Translations under genes and position numbers: made by a program | Shown: in pieces, positions 47,388 through 56,905 of the stretch | Position numbering within the stretch: position 1 is the first letter of the stretch | How the letters are laid out: each line of letters begins with the position of its first letter | The notes under the pieces: model-generated | Database searches by the model: none | Seen by the model: the letters and a program-made list of their open reading frames with translations, nothing else | What the model was told of the DNA's origin: nothing | Origin: a virus | Taxonomy: Duplodnaviria > Caudoviricetes | DNA: 64,000 nucleotides | Direction: 5' to 3' (one strand) | IMG/VR virus record: IMGVR_UViG_3300033121_001167 | Span: 15,250-79,249 of that record

Positions 47388-48655
47388 ATTTCCACTAACT
47401 CATCCATTTCATCTAAATTTTGCGCTTCAACCCAACCACGATTGGTCGTGTAAATTTTATGATCTGGTGTACATCTTATTACCTTTCCATTATATTCAAG
47501 TTCAATTAAAGTTTTGGATTTTTTAGTTAAAATTCCATCAGTAATACGATTCCATTCAAGTTGGTTGGTATCTTCATTCAATGTCAATACAAATGGCCCA
47601 ATTAAATTAGTTTGACATATATCAACTAAATTTTTAATTGGAATTTGGTATGATTGAGTTAAACTCCCATCAATATTTTCATCTCGAACTGTAATTAAAG
47701 TATCACCAACTAAACAGCATGGGTTGGTTCCCCAGTCCTTATCATTTGTCAAATAAATTCCTGGTTCTCCAGCATTACTCAATTCAATACGTTTCCATAA
47801 ATCAAAGAAAAATTCCTCTGTAACTTTATGCCGCAATAAAACTGCGCTATTGTTTGCTCTACCTCGTTGTGAATTCAATTCCCACCAGTTTCCGCTTTTG
47901 CATGAAATCATTTCGTCGTCATTTGCACTAAATAGTGAGATTAGGGCTGCGCGACGAATACCACCGGCCAACACCGAGTCTGCAATGTGACAAATAATGT
48001 CATGTACTTCAATAGGACGTAGTTTATCGCCATTATTTTTTGATTCTAAAATGCCTTCAATTTTAATCAAACATTCCTTCAATGGTTGTGGTCCGGGTGC
48101 CTTACCACCAGATGTAATCAGCCGAACTCCCTTTGGGCGAATGTCGCCAAAATCAAAAACAATTTTAGACCCGCCGTAAAAATACGATTTCATCAATGTT
48201 TTGATTGCGTCCGCCCACCCTTCAATGTTATCGGCAATTAACCACCGTCTGGTTCTGTCTTGTTTCGGCTTTACAATTTCGGGAAGTTTTTCAACATGAT
48301 GATGTTGTACTGAAAATCCAATACCAGTACCACCCAGCAACAAAAACATAATTTCAGAAAACGCTCGCCAATCATCAACTGGAAGGTATGCACAATTGTA
48401 AATTCGCGTCGGATTTAATTCAATTGGCTTTCCCGCAAATTGCATACTCCGCATGGATGGAAGTATTTTTTTATCATATACTAATTTATACGCATTTTCA
48501 ATCTCGTCACTTAATTCTGGAAATTTTTTTAAGTGCATTTCCTTGTTTCTATCAACCAGTTCACTCCACGTTTCACGTCTTTGTTTTTCTGGTATGTATT
48601 TAGCATACTTCATAAAAACAGTAATATCACTTAAAATTCTTTGGCTTAATTCCAT
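47384..48655 (-). CDS. nrdJ: class II ribonucleotide reductase N-part plus 110-aa N-intein
   Basis: PSMRSMQFAG, YNCAY, GGTGIGFS, GEPG, GTNPC, then CLVGDT...RCTPDHKI (IntN 47387-47716). Confidence 0.95.
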   Translation of the reverse strand: MELSQRILSDITVFMKYAKYIPEKQRRETWSELVDRNKEMHLKKFPELSDEIENAYKLVYDKKILPSMRSMQFAGKPIELNPTRIYNCAYLPVDDWRAFSEIMFLLLGGTGIGFSVQHHHVEKLPEIVKPKQDRTRRWLIADNIEGWADAIKTLMKSYFYGGSKIVFDFGDIRPKGVRLITSGGKAPGPQPLKECLIKIEGILESKNNGDKLRPIEVHDIICHIADSVLAGGIRRAALISLFSANDDEMISCKSGNWWELNSQRGRANNSAVLLRHKVTEEFFFDLWKRIELSNAGEPGIYLTNDKDWGTNPCCLVGDTLITVRDENIDGSLTQSYQIPIKNLVDICQTNLIGPFVLTLNEDTNQLEWNRITDGILTKKSKTLIELEYNGKVIRCTPDHKIYTTNRGWVEAQNLDEMDELVEI

Positions 48656-50059
48656 TTAAAATAAATCCATGTTTTGAGGTTCTTGTCTGTGTGAATTCAG
48701 TGCATTTTGGACTCGCTGTGATGCTAATTGAAGTCCGTATTCATCGTCGGTCATCATTTCTTTTGTCTTGACTGTTTTTCCAGTCGTCGTATTTTCATTA
48801 TATACTTCAAATTTACCAACTGACGTATCAAACCGCATAGGAAATGTCATTCCATCCGGTCCAAGCCTGTTTTTTGATATGTGTAATCTTGCTACATTGT
48901 TTATTTTATCTTTTGGTCTGCGAGAGACTGACATCATAAAATCCAATGCGAACAACTTGGCAAAACTGTTTGATACTGAGTCATTTTCTATCACATCTTT
49001 ATCAAGCCCACTTCTGTTCGTTTGGTCACAACCCCATAGTGCAAATCCCTCTCTCCCGCAAAGTCCTCGTAAATCTTTATATAATTCGCCAAGTACTTTG
49101 TCCTCCCGCATATTGTTATTATACGGGATTATTAAAAGTTCTGGATAATCAAGTACTACTAAGTCCGGCACAATTCCCAATAATTTAAGTCGCTTAATAT
49201 CAGTTTCTAATGCCCGAATTGACAAAGTACTTGGCGGAAATTCTTTGATAATCAGTTTTCCCGAAAATTTTGAAATTGTACGTTTAATTTGCGAAATATT
49301 ATATTTCAAATCATCAAACGTAATACCCGTCATAATACTGTCATACCGCCTTGCTACATAATTTGCATCAAGTTCCAGTGTATAGTGGACAACTACTTTT
49401 CCCGATTTCAATGCCTCTGCTCCAAGTTGACATAAAATCCAACTTTTGCCAACTCCGGTTGGTGCCATTACAATTCCAAATTTTCCTTTTGGGAGCCCGC
49501 CGCCCATTATGTCATCTATAACTCCCCACCCAGTCTTAACTCTCGGATTCTCCGTAATTTCAGTATAACGGACATCAATATCTTTTAAATAATCAAGCCC
49601 GTTAGACTCTGTTTTTTGTCCTTTTTGACGGGCAGCAATTAGTACTTCAACTGCTTCGTCTATCATTCCTTTTTGTAGCAATTCAATTGATTCAGGATAC
49701 GCATTTTTAATCAACTGATGACGGCAAAATTCAAAAATTCGGTCTTTAATGAATTGTAAATCAGTTGCTTCCTTTGTATGAAAAAATACATCCTTTAAAC
49801 AACTTAAAACTTCATCCTTGAATAATGTGTCATGCTTTAAATTACTGATTTGAATTTTGAATACTTCCCATGTTGGAGGAGTTTTGTACTCGTTGAAATA
49901 ACTGTAAATTTGTTCAATCAGCCATTTTAGAGCACGATTTTCAAAATATGCAGGTTCAAGTTTATCACTTATATCACTTAAAAATTCACGGTCTAATATT
50001 AATGATGCGACGATTTTTGATTGTGTGTTGTAATCATATTCATTTATTGTGTTGACCAT
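48656..50059 (-). CDS. replicative helicase (DnaB/gp41-like)
   Basis: APTGVGKS Walker A, HYTLE, VLDY, QTNR, SKNRLG. Confidence 0.92.
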   Translation of the reverse strand: MVNTINEYDYNTQSKIVASLILDREFLSDISDKLEPAYFENRALKWLIEQIYSYFNEYKTPPTWEVFKIQISNLKHDTLFKDEVLSCLKDVFFHTKEATDLQFIKDRIFEFCRHQLIKNAYPESIELLQKGMIDEAVEVLIAARQKGQKTESNGLDYLKDIDVRYTEITENPRVKTGWGVIDDIMGGGLPKGKFGIVMAPTGVGKSWILCQLGAEALKSGKVVVHYTLELDANYVARRYDSIMTGITFDDLKYNISQIKRTISKFSGKLIIKEFPPSTLSIRALETDIKRLKLLGIVPDLVVLDYPELLIIPYNNNMREDKVLGELYKDLRGLCGREGFALWGCDQTNRSGLDKDVIENDSVSNSFAKLFALDFMMSVSRRPKDKINNVARLHISKNRLGPDGMTFPMRFDTSVGKFEVYNENTTTGKTVKTKEMMTDDEYGLQLASQRVQNALNSHRQEPQNMDLF

Positions 50060-51081
50060 ACCACTAAACTGTTAAAAGTTGAATTTAGCCAATGATCCAA
50101 ATTTTTAAATGAATCAATAAGCCCATCCTCGCGTATAAATCGGTTAAACGCCGTCCTATTCATTTTATTGATTGGACTCCTCAGCAAATCCATAATTTGT
50201 ATTTTCGTGCTGCTTGAAATGTCCGTATCATGTAATTGCATTAGGTCATAATTTCTATCCATTATTTCCCTCCCAGCAATTATGTTTTTAAACACTTGTT
50301 TTGGCTTTTTTTCAGTCTCAACGATCTCTTGGCTGCGGGTATATAAGTAGTCAAGGTCAACTACTTTTTCTGTGATTTCTGGAAAGGATTTTAACAATGT
50401 TTTCAATCCAATCCCGGGTATTCCACCAATATTGTCCGAATCATCGCCAGTCAAAACTCTGTACGTCAAATAATTGGATGGGTGCAGTCCTAATTCATTT
50501 TTTATTTCCAAAGGTGTGTATAATTTTTTCTTCGTAGGGCTATACACCTCAACCTTATCACTCACTAACTGCAAAAAATCTCGGTCTGTACTTACAATTC
50601 TAATTTTGTTTTCAGTTTTGTCGTAGTAATTAGCTGCAATGAACGCGACTACATCATCCGCTTCAACATGGTCAATACAAAATAACTGGATCGGCAACAA
50701 TGTTAAATACTGTGCAGCACGAAGAATTTGACTTCGTTTTGATTTTTCTTCGTCTTCGGACGTGACAAAAATATCTCTACGCATACTCGTTTTACTTGAA
50801 CGATTTGCTTTATATTCCGCATAAACTTTTTTTCTGCGAGACGATCCGCCCTTTCCGTCAAAAACTACAATACAACGGGTTGGATTAAACTCTCGGATAT
50901 TTATTCCGATACTACGCAGAAATCCAAGCGTAGCACCAACATGTTCCCCATTTTCAGTGATTGGAAATCCTGCCGCCCAAATTCGAATCCACAAATTCGT
51001 ACCATCAATGATCAATACTCGATCATCAACATTACTTGGTAATTGGTCAGTTTTTGAAAAAATATTGGATAGATCAATCAT
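50044..51081 (-). CDS. 5'-3' exonuclease / T4 RNase H-like (FEN family)
   Basis: IIDG, VVFDGKGG, YKANR, EADDV, STDRDFLQL, GDDSDNIGGIPGIG. Confidence 0.92.
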   Translation of the reverse strand: MIDLSNIFSKTDQLPSNVDDRVLIIDGTNLWIRIWAAGFPITENGEHVGATLGFLRSIGINIREFNPTRCIVVFDGKGGSSRRKKVYAEYKANRSSKTSMRRDIFVTSEDEEKSKRSQILRAAQYLTLLPIQLFCIDHVEADDVVAFIAANYYDKTENKIRIVSTDRDFLQLVSDKVEVYSPTKKKLYTPLEIKNELGLHPSNYLTYRVLTGDDSDNIGGIPGIGLKTLLKSFPEITEKVVDLDYLYTRSQEIVETEKKPKQVFKNIIAGREIMDRNYDLMQLHDTDISSSTKIQIMDLLRSPINKMNRTAFNRFIREDGLIDSFKNLDHWLNSTFNSLVVWSTQ

Positions 51082-52087
51082 TCAACAAATTGGTTATAAA
51101 TTCTATTTTAGATTCATCAGATTCAAGCAGTTCCCAATCATATTGCCAAATTATATAGAATTTATAACCATTATCAATGGCCCTACTATACTTTTCATTA
51201 TCAGATTCCCAAACATCAGAAACAAGTAAGTTGCGATGTGCATCATAGTGATCTTCCTCGTAAAATCTTGGGTCAAAATGCCAATAAGACCCGTTATATT
51301 CAATTATGGTGTTTTTAAATTCAATTACAATATCCCATGATTTTCCAAATTTAATCAAATTACCATCAACATAATCTTCAGGATAAATAAAATCTTTTAC
51401 AATTCTAAACACATCATCTTGGCCCTTACTACCAAATAAGTGTTTAGTTTTTGAAAATACACCAGTTTCCCATTGTCGTTTTGTATTCTCGGATAATAAC
51501 TTTTTTGTTTCTTCACTAACAACTCTTTTTGGTGGTCGCCAGCCAGTAGCGAATCGAGCCAATGCTACTTCAGATTGACGTTTTCGGGTCTCGTCTGAAA
51601 CAATTTTCCCAGTATTCCCTAAGGCAATCTTTTTTCGATGTTCTGGAGTTAGCCTACCACCGCAATTTCTTAATCGATTTTCAGTTCTTTTCTTGATTAC
51701 TTCGGGCGTTTGAGTTTTACCATCATCAATCAACTTTTGCATTGACTTTCGACTTATTTCTTTGAGCGCCAAGCCGTATTCAGTATCCTTATTTTCTTCC
51801 CAGAATTTACGAATTGATTCAGTACGCTTGGCTTGAGTATTTGGGGGGCACTTTCTGCCAGTCAATGCAATTGTGATCTTCTTACCAACATACGTTCGTC
51901 GTTTTTTGAGTATTATTTTATAAATTTCATGTGAATCTTTATCATATTCAGCATAAAAATTTTGCTTCATTTGGTTTATTTCAGGTCTTCGATATTTGTA
52001 TAATCGTTCAATTGAAGCAAAGCCAAATATTTCGTTAGTCTCATCTAAAAATAACGCATAGATTTCATCATTAGTTAATAATATCAT
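51074..52087 (-). mobile_element. free-standing homing endonuclease, NUMOD3 repeats plus Vsr/DUF559-like nuclease
   Basis: EHRKKIALGNTGKIVSDETRKRQS repeats; WDIV...IIEYNGSYWH...IWQYDW. Confidence 0.8.
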
Positions 52088-52128
52088 TTAATAAGTTTAT
52101 TTTCAATTAAATATTTTTCAATCAATTC

Positions 52129-52509
52129 CTAATCAGCAAATGGACGAGGGCTGAAATCGGGAGCAAACTTCAACGGACAACCAAGTGCCGCATCATCTAT
52201 GAATAGGTGTGCATGGCACTTTGGAGATGTTGTCCATGAATTTTGTGTTGGATTTTGTTGAATGCCATAACGTGGTATATCGTTTTCAGCAAACCACTCT
52301 ACAGCCTGAGTTAAAAAATCTCCAGAATGAATTTTATAACCGTCTTCCAGCACCTGTTCTTCCTGACTATCACTTCTCATAGTCCATAAAATTAACTGAT
52401 GACCAGCATAAACTAATTTTCTTAAAACGGGTGCTGCACCTACATCATGCCCAACTTCAGGAAAAGAATGTGTGACACATGTCCCATCAAAATCTATAGC
52501 AATAATCAA
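52129..52509 (-). CDS. HAD-family phosphatase (BT0820-like)
   Basis: IAIDFDGT, LILWTMR, FIDD. Confidence 0.82.
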   Translation of the reverse strand: MIIAIDFDGTCVTHSFPEVGHDVGAAPVLRKLVYAGHQLILWTMRSDSQEEQVLEDGYKIHSGDFLTQAVEWFAENDIPRYGIQQNPTQNSWTTSPKCHAHLFIDDAALGCPLKFAPDFSPRPFAD

Positions 52510-53015
52510 TCATTTAACAAAATTTTAAAACATTCATATTCTTTTTTTGCACCAGTAAGCGCATTATGAATTTTCGGTTCTGGTTCAATGCCAAGCATTC
52601 CGCATATTTTAAACATACTATATGATCCACCAAACCTCTGATAACCAAGCGAATGTAAGTCAACAGTTCTAAAGAAAAACGGAAAATCTTTAATCTTTCG
52701 TTGCTTTTTGTGAATTTCTTTAAGATACTGAAGGTCAAATCCTGCAATATTATGTCCAGCAAGCATTGTACTTCTACTACTCGCCCATTTGACAAATTTT
52801 TGATACAATTGCACTGCACTTTGTTTTCGCGGATCAGTTATCTGCTCCATCGTAAATCCATTGATTTTCAACGCTTCGTCAGTTACAATTGAATTGACCG
52901 AAATTCTACATTCTTCATAGAATTCATCGCCAGTGTCATAATCAACTGCACCAAGTGAAACGATTGAAGTGGTTTGTGGGTCAATACCCGTAGTTTCTAA
53001 ATCAATTATTATCAT
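52506..53015 (-). CDS. DEDDh 3'-5' exonuclease
   Basis: DLETTG, GHNIAGFD, HNALTGA. Confidence 0.88.
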   Translation of the reverse strand: MIIIDLETTGIDPQTTSIVSLGAVDYDTGDEFYEECRISVNSIVTDEALKINGFTMEQITDPRKQSAVQLYQKFVKWASSRSTMLAGHNIAGFDLQYLKEIHKKQRKIKDFPFFFRTVDLHSLGYQRFGGSYSMFKICGMLGIEPEPKIHNALTGAKKEYECFKILLND

Positions 53016-53019
53016 AGTT

Positions 53020-54153
53020 TTAGTCTTCTTCTATATTTGTATCAATTTCAATATCATCAATTCCAAAATCATCATCCAGTTTGTATTTCATAATATACGC
53101 ATCACAAATTTGCTTGTATATCATTTCCTTCAAAGCAGGATCGTCGGTTAATAATTTTTTAAAATGTTTGGATTGGAATTTTTTAGTTACTTCTTCTCCA
53201 GTTTCGCCATCTACATACACATAACTGTAAGATGAACCACTTTGTTTGAGGAAACCAAATTCTTTAAGAACAGTCAACCATCCACCATAATTGTCCAGCC
53301 CACTCTCATAATACATATCAAGTTTTACTTTTCTGCGAGGTGGTCCAAGTCGGTTTTTCACTACACTTACCTCAATTTGCTCACCTACTGGAACATTCGC
53401 CACTTTAATTGCGCCAAGTTTTTTCACTCGCAATCTAACAGATGCAGTGAATGGAATTGCATTTCCGCCAGTAGTGGTAAATTTATCGGAAAATAATCCG
53501 GCATTCATATTTGCTCGTAATTGATTGATTAAAACGAGCCCAATTTTCCGACCAATCAGTAGTCCGGGTATCTTGCGCATCGCCTTTGAATTTATGATTG
53601 CCTTTGCAGTTGCGTATCCGTCTTTTCCATAATCGGCTTCAAGTTCTGTTAATGTACTTGCTCCCATCACACTATCAATTACAATTAAAAGTGGTTTGTT
53701 TGTATTTGATGCGACTGCTCGTTCAATCATCAATGCCACAGCATCATACACTTCTTCTAATGCCCGAAGTCTATCAATGTATATTAGTTTGTCTGGGTCC
53801 AATCCGAGTGACACATAGAAATCTAACATACCAACTGCTTTCTCAGTATCAAATAATACACCAGTTCCGCCCATTTTTTGACATTCGGCTAACATTGTGG
53901 CTGCTAAAAGACTCTTTCCACTCCCCTCCAAGCCACTTATCTCCAAAATTCCACCAAGCCCCATTGTTCCGCCATTTGGACGATTAGATACAGCTAAATC
54001 CAATATATCACTTCCACTTTTTACCCAACCTGTAACTAAGTTTGCATTTGTAAGATACCCGGCTGCATCTGGAAATTCTTTATATTTTTTGTTTATTACA
54101 GACAATACATCGTCTGCCAAATTATCAATCACTTCTGCTTTAGTTTTGGCCAT
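53020..54153 (-). CDS. recA: RecA/UvsX recombinase
   Basis: GLEGSGKS, FDTE, IDSV, INQLR, GGNAIPF, VVKNRLGPP. Confidence 0.93.
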   Translation of the reverse strand: MAKTKAEVIDNLADDVLSVINKKYKEFPDAAGYLTNANLVTGWVKSGSDILDLAVSNRPNGGTMGLGGILEISGLEGSGKSLLAATMLAECQKMGGTGVLFDTEKAVGMLDFYVSLGLDPDKLIYIDRLRALEEVYDAVALMIERAVASNTNKPLLIVIDSVMGASTLTELEADYGKDGYATAKAIINSKAMRKIPGLLIGRKIGLVLINQLRANMNAGLFSDKFTTTGGNAIPFTASVRLRVKKLGAIKVANVPVGEQIEVSVVKNRLGPPRRKVKLDMYYESGLDNYGGWLTVLKEFGFLKQSGSSYSYVYVDGETGEEVTKKFQSKHFKKLLTDDPALKEMIYKQICDAYIMKYKLDDDFGIDDIEIDTNIEED

Positions 54154-54167
54154 AGGGAAAATTAGTT

Positions 54168-54209
54168 AAAAAAGACTACCCACAATCGCATAGATAATGA
54201 GTAGTCTTT
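54168..54209 (-). terminator. intrinsic terminator after ssb
   Basis: AAAGACTAC/GTAGTCTTT 9-bp stem, followed on the minus strand by a T-tract. Confidence 0.65.
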
Positions 54210-54235
54210 ATGATTAAAACAAAGTGGATTAAAAA

Positions 54236-55096
54236 TTAAAACGGCATATCATCGTCATCTGGTTTTGCCGGGCTATCCATATCATTGAACAGCGTATCAA
54301 AATCGTCAACGATTTCATTTATAGTTGATGTGGATGTAGAAGTAGGCACCGCTGTTGCTACTTCTTTCTTTGGCTCAGGAGTCTTCACATTCAAGTATTT
54401 TTCCACAGCCGCAAGTAATTCATCATAACTTGGTTCTGTAAACAAAGTTTTCAATTCGGGCATCGCGTTGATTTTTTCAAGTACCGCTTTATCTTCAGTT
54501 GCAACCGTAGATTTTCGTGCTGGGATGATTTTTGTGCTCGGATAATCCGTACCATTCACTTCAGGTGGTGAATAAACCACTTTCAAATCAGTGCCAGTTT
54601 TCAAATCTGACAAATCGCCCCACTCTTCATCGGCAAAATATTCAAGCAGCGATTCGTAGATTTTTTTCGTAAATCCCCAATATTTTGGGCCTTCATGTTC
54701 CTTTCCGCGAATCAAAACCGCGACATAGTAACGGTCGGCTGGCTCAAGTTTACGACGAAAATTAGCCAATGCCATCCACTCGTCCTTCGGAATTTTAGTA
54801 CCTTCTGGGATAATTGCATTATACGCTTCAACTGCCGGATCCCTGCGATCAAACTGACAAGGGGCAAGCCAAGTTTTACCAAAATTGTAATAAAATTTCA
54901 GTTCACTGAATGGCATTTCTGAATTGTAAATGTTTGGTAGAATACGGATGTTGTATTCTCCTGCTGCCGCTTGCCCTGTGGAGGTTTTTGTAGCAGTTGG
55001 TTTCCAAAATAAATCTTGGTTTCCACCAGTTTGTGGAGTTTTTGTTTGCGTTTCCTTCAACGCAGCCAGTTTGGCTCGGATTTGTTCTACATTCAT
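54236..55096 (-). CDS. single-stranded DNA-binding protein (T4 gp32-like)
   Basis: FWKP...IRILP, acidic C-terminal tail DDDDMPF; context. Confidence 0.85.
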   Translation of the reverse strand: MNVEQIRAKLAALKETQTKTPQTGGNQDLFWKPTATKTSTGQAAAGEYNIRILPNIYNSEMPFSELKFYYNFGKTWLAPCQFDRRDPAVEAYNAIIPEGTKIPKDEWMALANFRRKLEPADRYYVAVLIRGKEHEGPKYWGFTKKIYESLLEYFADEEWGDLSDLKTGTDLKVVYSPPEVNGTDYPSTKIIPARKSTVATEDKAVLEKINAMPELKTLFTEPSYDELLAAVEKYLNVKTPEPKKEVATAVPTSTSTSTINEIVDDFDTLFNDMDSPAKPDDDDMPF

Positions 55097-55159
55097 GTTT
55101 TCAAAATGGTTTGGTTAGAAAAATTGATAACAACCAGTACTTTAACTGGTATTTATTTA

Positions 55160-55200
55160 CAATAATACAGAATATTTTTGAGATTTCCAAATCATTAACA
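55160..55200 (-). promoter_or_regulatory. Bacteroidota-type promoter upstream of ssb
   Basis: TGTTAATGATTTG, 20 nt spacer, TATTATTG (55160-55167). Confidence 0.7.
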
Positions 55201-55214
55201 GGTCATTTGCATTT

Positions 55215-55922
55215 TTATCTTATTATTTTTAATTCGTGATAATTTGTTCCAACCTTCAAGTGGAATGGAATTTGATCAAATATTTTTATTAAATTTTTAA
55301 GAAATTGTTTCCCATCTTCATGGCAATAATCAAGCAAAAATGAATCATAGGTGTAAAGTACTAATTTTGTTTTTGTAGTTTCGGTTAAATTTAGCAATTG
55401 ATCAATCAGATTGCTGTTAAATTCTGTTTCAAGATTCTGCAATAAATAATTGAATATTTTGCTTTGATTGAAGCCGTTCAATTTTTTCGTATCAATTTTA
55501 CGACCAAACAACAACGTCTTCAATTCCCCGCTCAAGTAAGACTGATAGAATTGATGTGTTAATTCGTGTATTTCTTTAAATGGGGATAGATGTTGATATT
55601 GTTGCTCAATTCCACCATAAATCTGTTTGAATGTTAATTCCTTCGCTCGTGCAATGTCGTCACTTGTTGGATTATCTGTGTTGAAATAAACTTTACTAAG
55701 TTCCAGATAGATGTTCTTCGGGAATGGCTTGCTTATTATCAGGTAGATCAAATATAAGTGGAATCCTGACAAGTCAATTTCAATTAAACAGCCGCCATCA
55801 AATCTGGAAACGAATCGCTTACGACTTCCATCAGTTTTGTTCAACGCCGCATAATTTACATTGTTGAAGTGGTTTGACGGACGACCAGTTAGAGTGTATG
55901 GATTGAATTCACAGTGTTCCAT
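55215..55922 (-). CDS. family A polymerase-like protein, C-terminal (palm/fingers) half
   Basis: LTGRPS, EIDLSGFH (motif A), RAKELTFKQIYG (motif B), YTYDSFLLD (motif C). Confidence 0.75.
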   Translation of the reverse strand: MEHCEFNPYTLTGRPSNHFNNVNYAALNKTDGSRKRFVSRFDGGCLIEIDLSGFHLYLIYLIISKPFPKNIYLELSKVYFNTDNPTSDDIARAKELTFKQIYGGIEQQYQHLSPFKEIHELTHQFYQSYLSGELKTLLFGRKIDTKKLNGFNQSKIFNYLLQNLETEFNSNLIDQLLNLTETTKTKLVLYTYDSFLLDYCHEDGKQFLKNLIKIFDQIPFHLKVGTNYHELKIIR

Positions 55923-56148
55923 TATTTACAATTTTAACAAACTCGATATCTTCTTCACGGATTTTATCACGTTCCCATACTTTATTTAAAACATCAGTCC
56001 AATTAAAACCATCGATTTCAACCAATTTCACAGTCGTATTGAATCCTGATTTAAAATTAAGACGACAAAGATAAGTTTGTAGCAATGCTCCACGAAAGTA
56101 AAGTGCTATATCACATGGAGAATCAATACATGACATCCAAAGAACCAA
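55909..56148 (-). CDS. hypothetical protein (inside split polA-like locus)
   Basis: Overlaps both neighbours; start uncertain. Confidence 0.5.
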   Translation of the reverse strand: MVLWMSCIDSPCDIALYFRGALLQTYLCRLNFKSGFNTTVKLVEIDGFNWTDVLNKVWERDKIREEDIEFVKIVNNGTL

Positions 56149-56363
56149 TTTGGCATTGTTATTTCGTCAATATGATTTTGAAATTCATCACTTTTTGGAA
56201 ATAGGCGACGAGTCCGCATAGAATGTCGACGTTTGTCAAACCCATCTACCCATTCACTTGATATTTCATTTGTAACTGGATTGTGAAAAAACGTTGGAAG
56301 ATCTAATTTGATTAGATTATCACCACATATTCCAATTTCCTTTAATTCTTCAATCGTTGTCAT
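56106..56363 (-). CDS. hypothetical protein (inside split polA-like locus)
   Basis: 85 aa coupled ORF. Confidence 0.6.
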   Translation of the reverse strand: MTTIEELKEIGICGDNLIKLDLPTFFHNPVTNEISSEWVDGFDKRRHSMRTRRLFPKSDEFQNHIDEITMPNWFFGCHVLILHVI

Positions 56364-56673
56364 TCTTCAACCAGTTTAATCTTCCAATTGGAAGTGATGT
56401 GGAATATGCGTCATGTTGCTGTCTATCTAAATCAGATAATGAATAAACTGGTGAAATACCATATTCATAACCAATACTGTTCTCATCAATAGTAATTGTG
56501 ATGAATTTTTGTTTATTTCTAAATTCAAACACAATCTTATCTAAATCGCCACAAACGGCCTCGATAAATTGATGGAATACATCTGGTAAATTATTGATAA
56601 ATCGCTTGGCGTTATCTTTGATAATTTGATCTACACTAAGCGAATCAATTTCTTGTAAATATTCAGTTTCCAT
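56350..56673 (-). CDS. hypothetical protein (inside split polA-like locus)
   Basis: 107 aa coupled ORF. Confidence 0.6.
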   Translation of the reverse strand: METEYLQEIDSLSVDQIIKDNAKRFINNLPDVFHQFIEAVCGDLDKIVFEFRNKQKFITITIDENSIGYEYGISPVYSLSDLDRQQHDAYSTSLPIGRLNWLKNDND

Positions 56674-56905
56674 ACATCGAATAATTGAGCGGAAGGTTAT
56701 TCTCTTTGTAATATTCAGACAATTTTGTGATTAAATATTCTAATGTATCATATCTAACTAACCAAGAAGTAGGAACGGGATCAAACCGCTCATCCATTTT
56801 AGATTTCAATTCAATTTGTTGATCTATGATTTCTTTCAGAGGTGGTACATTCCCACTATGAAGAACTGATTTAATTAAATCTTGATCAAATTGTATAGAG
56901 GCCAT
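56663..56905 (-). CDS. hypothetical protein (inside split polA-like locus)
   Basis: Start MASIQF overlaps the end of the polA-like N-half. Confidence 0.55.
   Translation of the reverse strand: MASIQFDQDLIKSVLHSGNVPPLKEIIDQQIELKSKMDERFDPVPTSWLVRYDTLEYLITKLSEYYKENNLPLNYSMYGN

Noticed and set aside
31008-54153. Inteins in PolB, helicase or RecA
   Set aside because: Lengths are ordinary and catalytic motifs are contiguous.
55909-56905. Group I/II intron or intein explaining the polA-like split
   Set aside because: The gap is filled by overlapping ORFs, with no intein terminal motifs, no maturase or nuclease motifs and no non-coding room for a ribozyme core that I could see.
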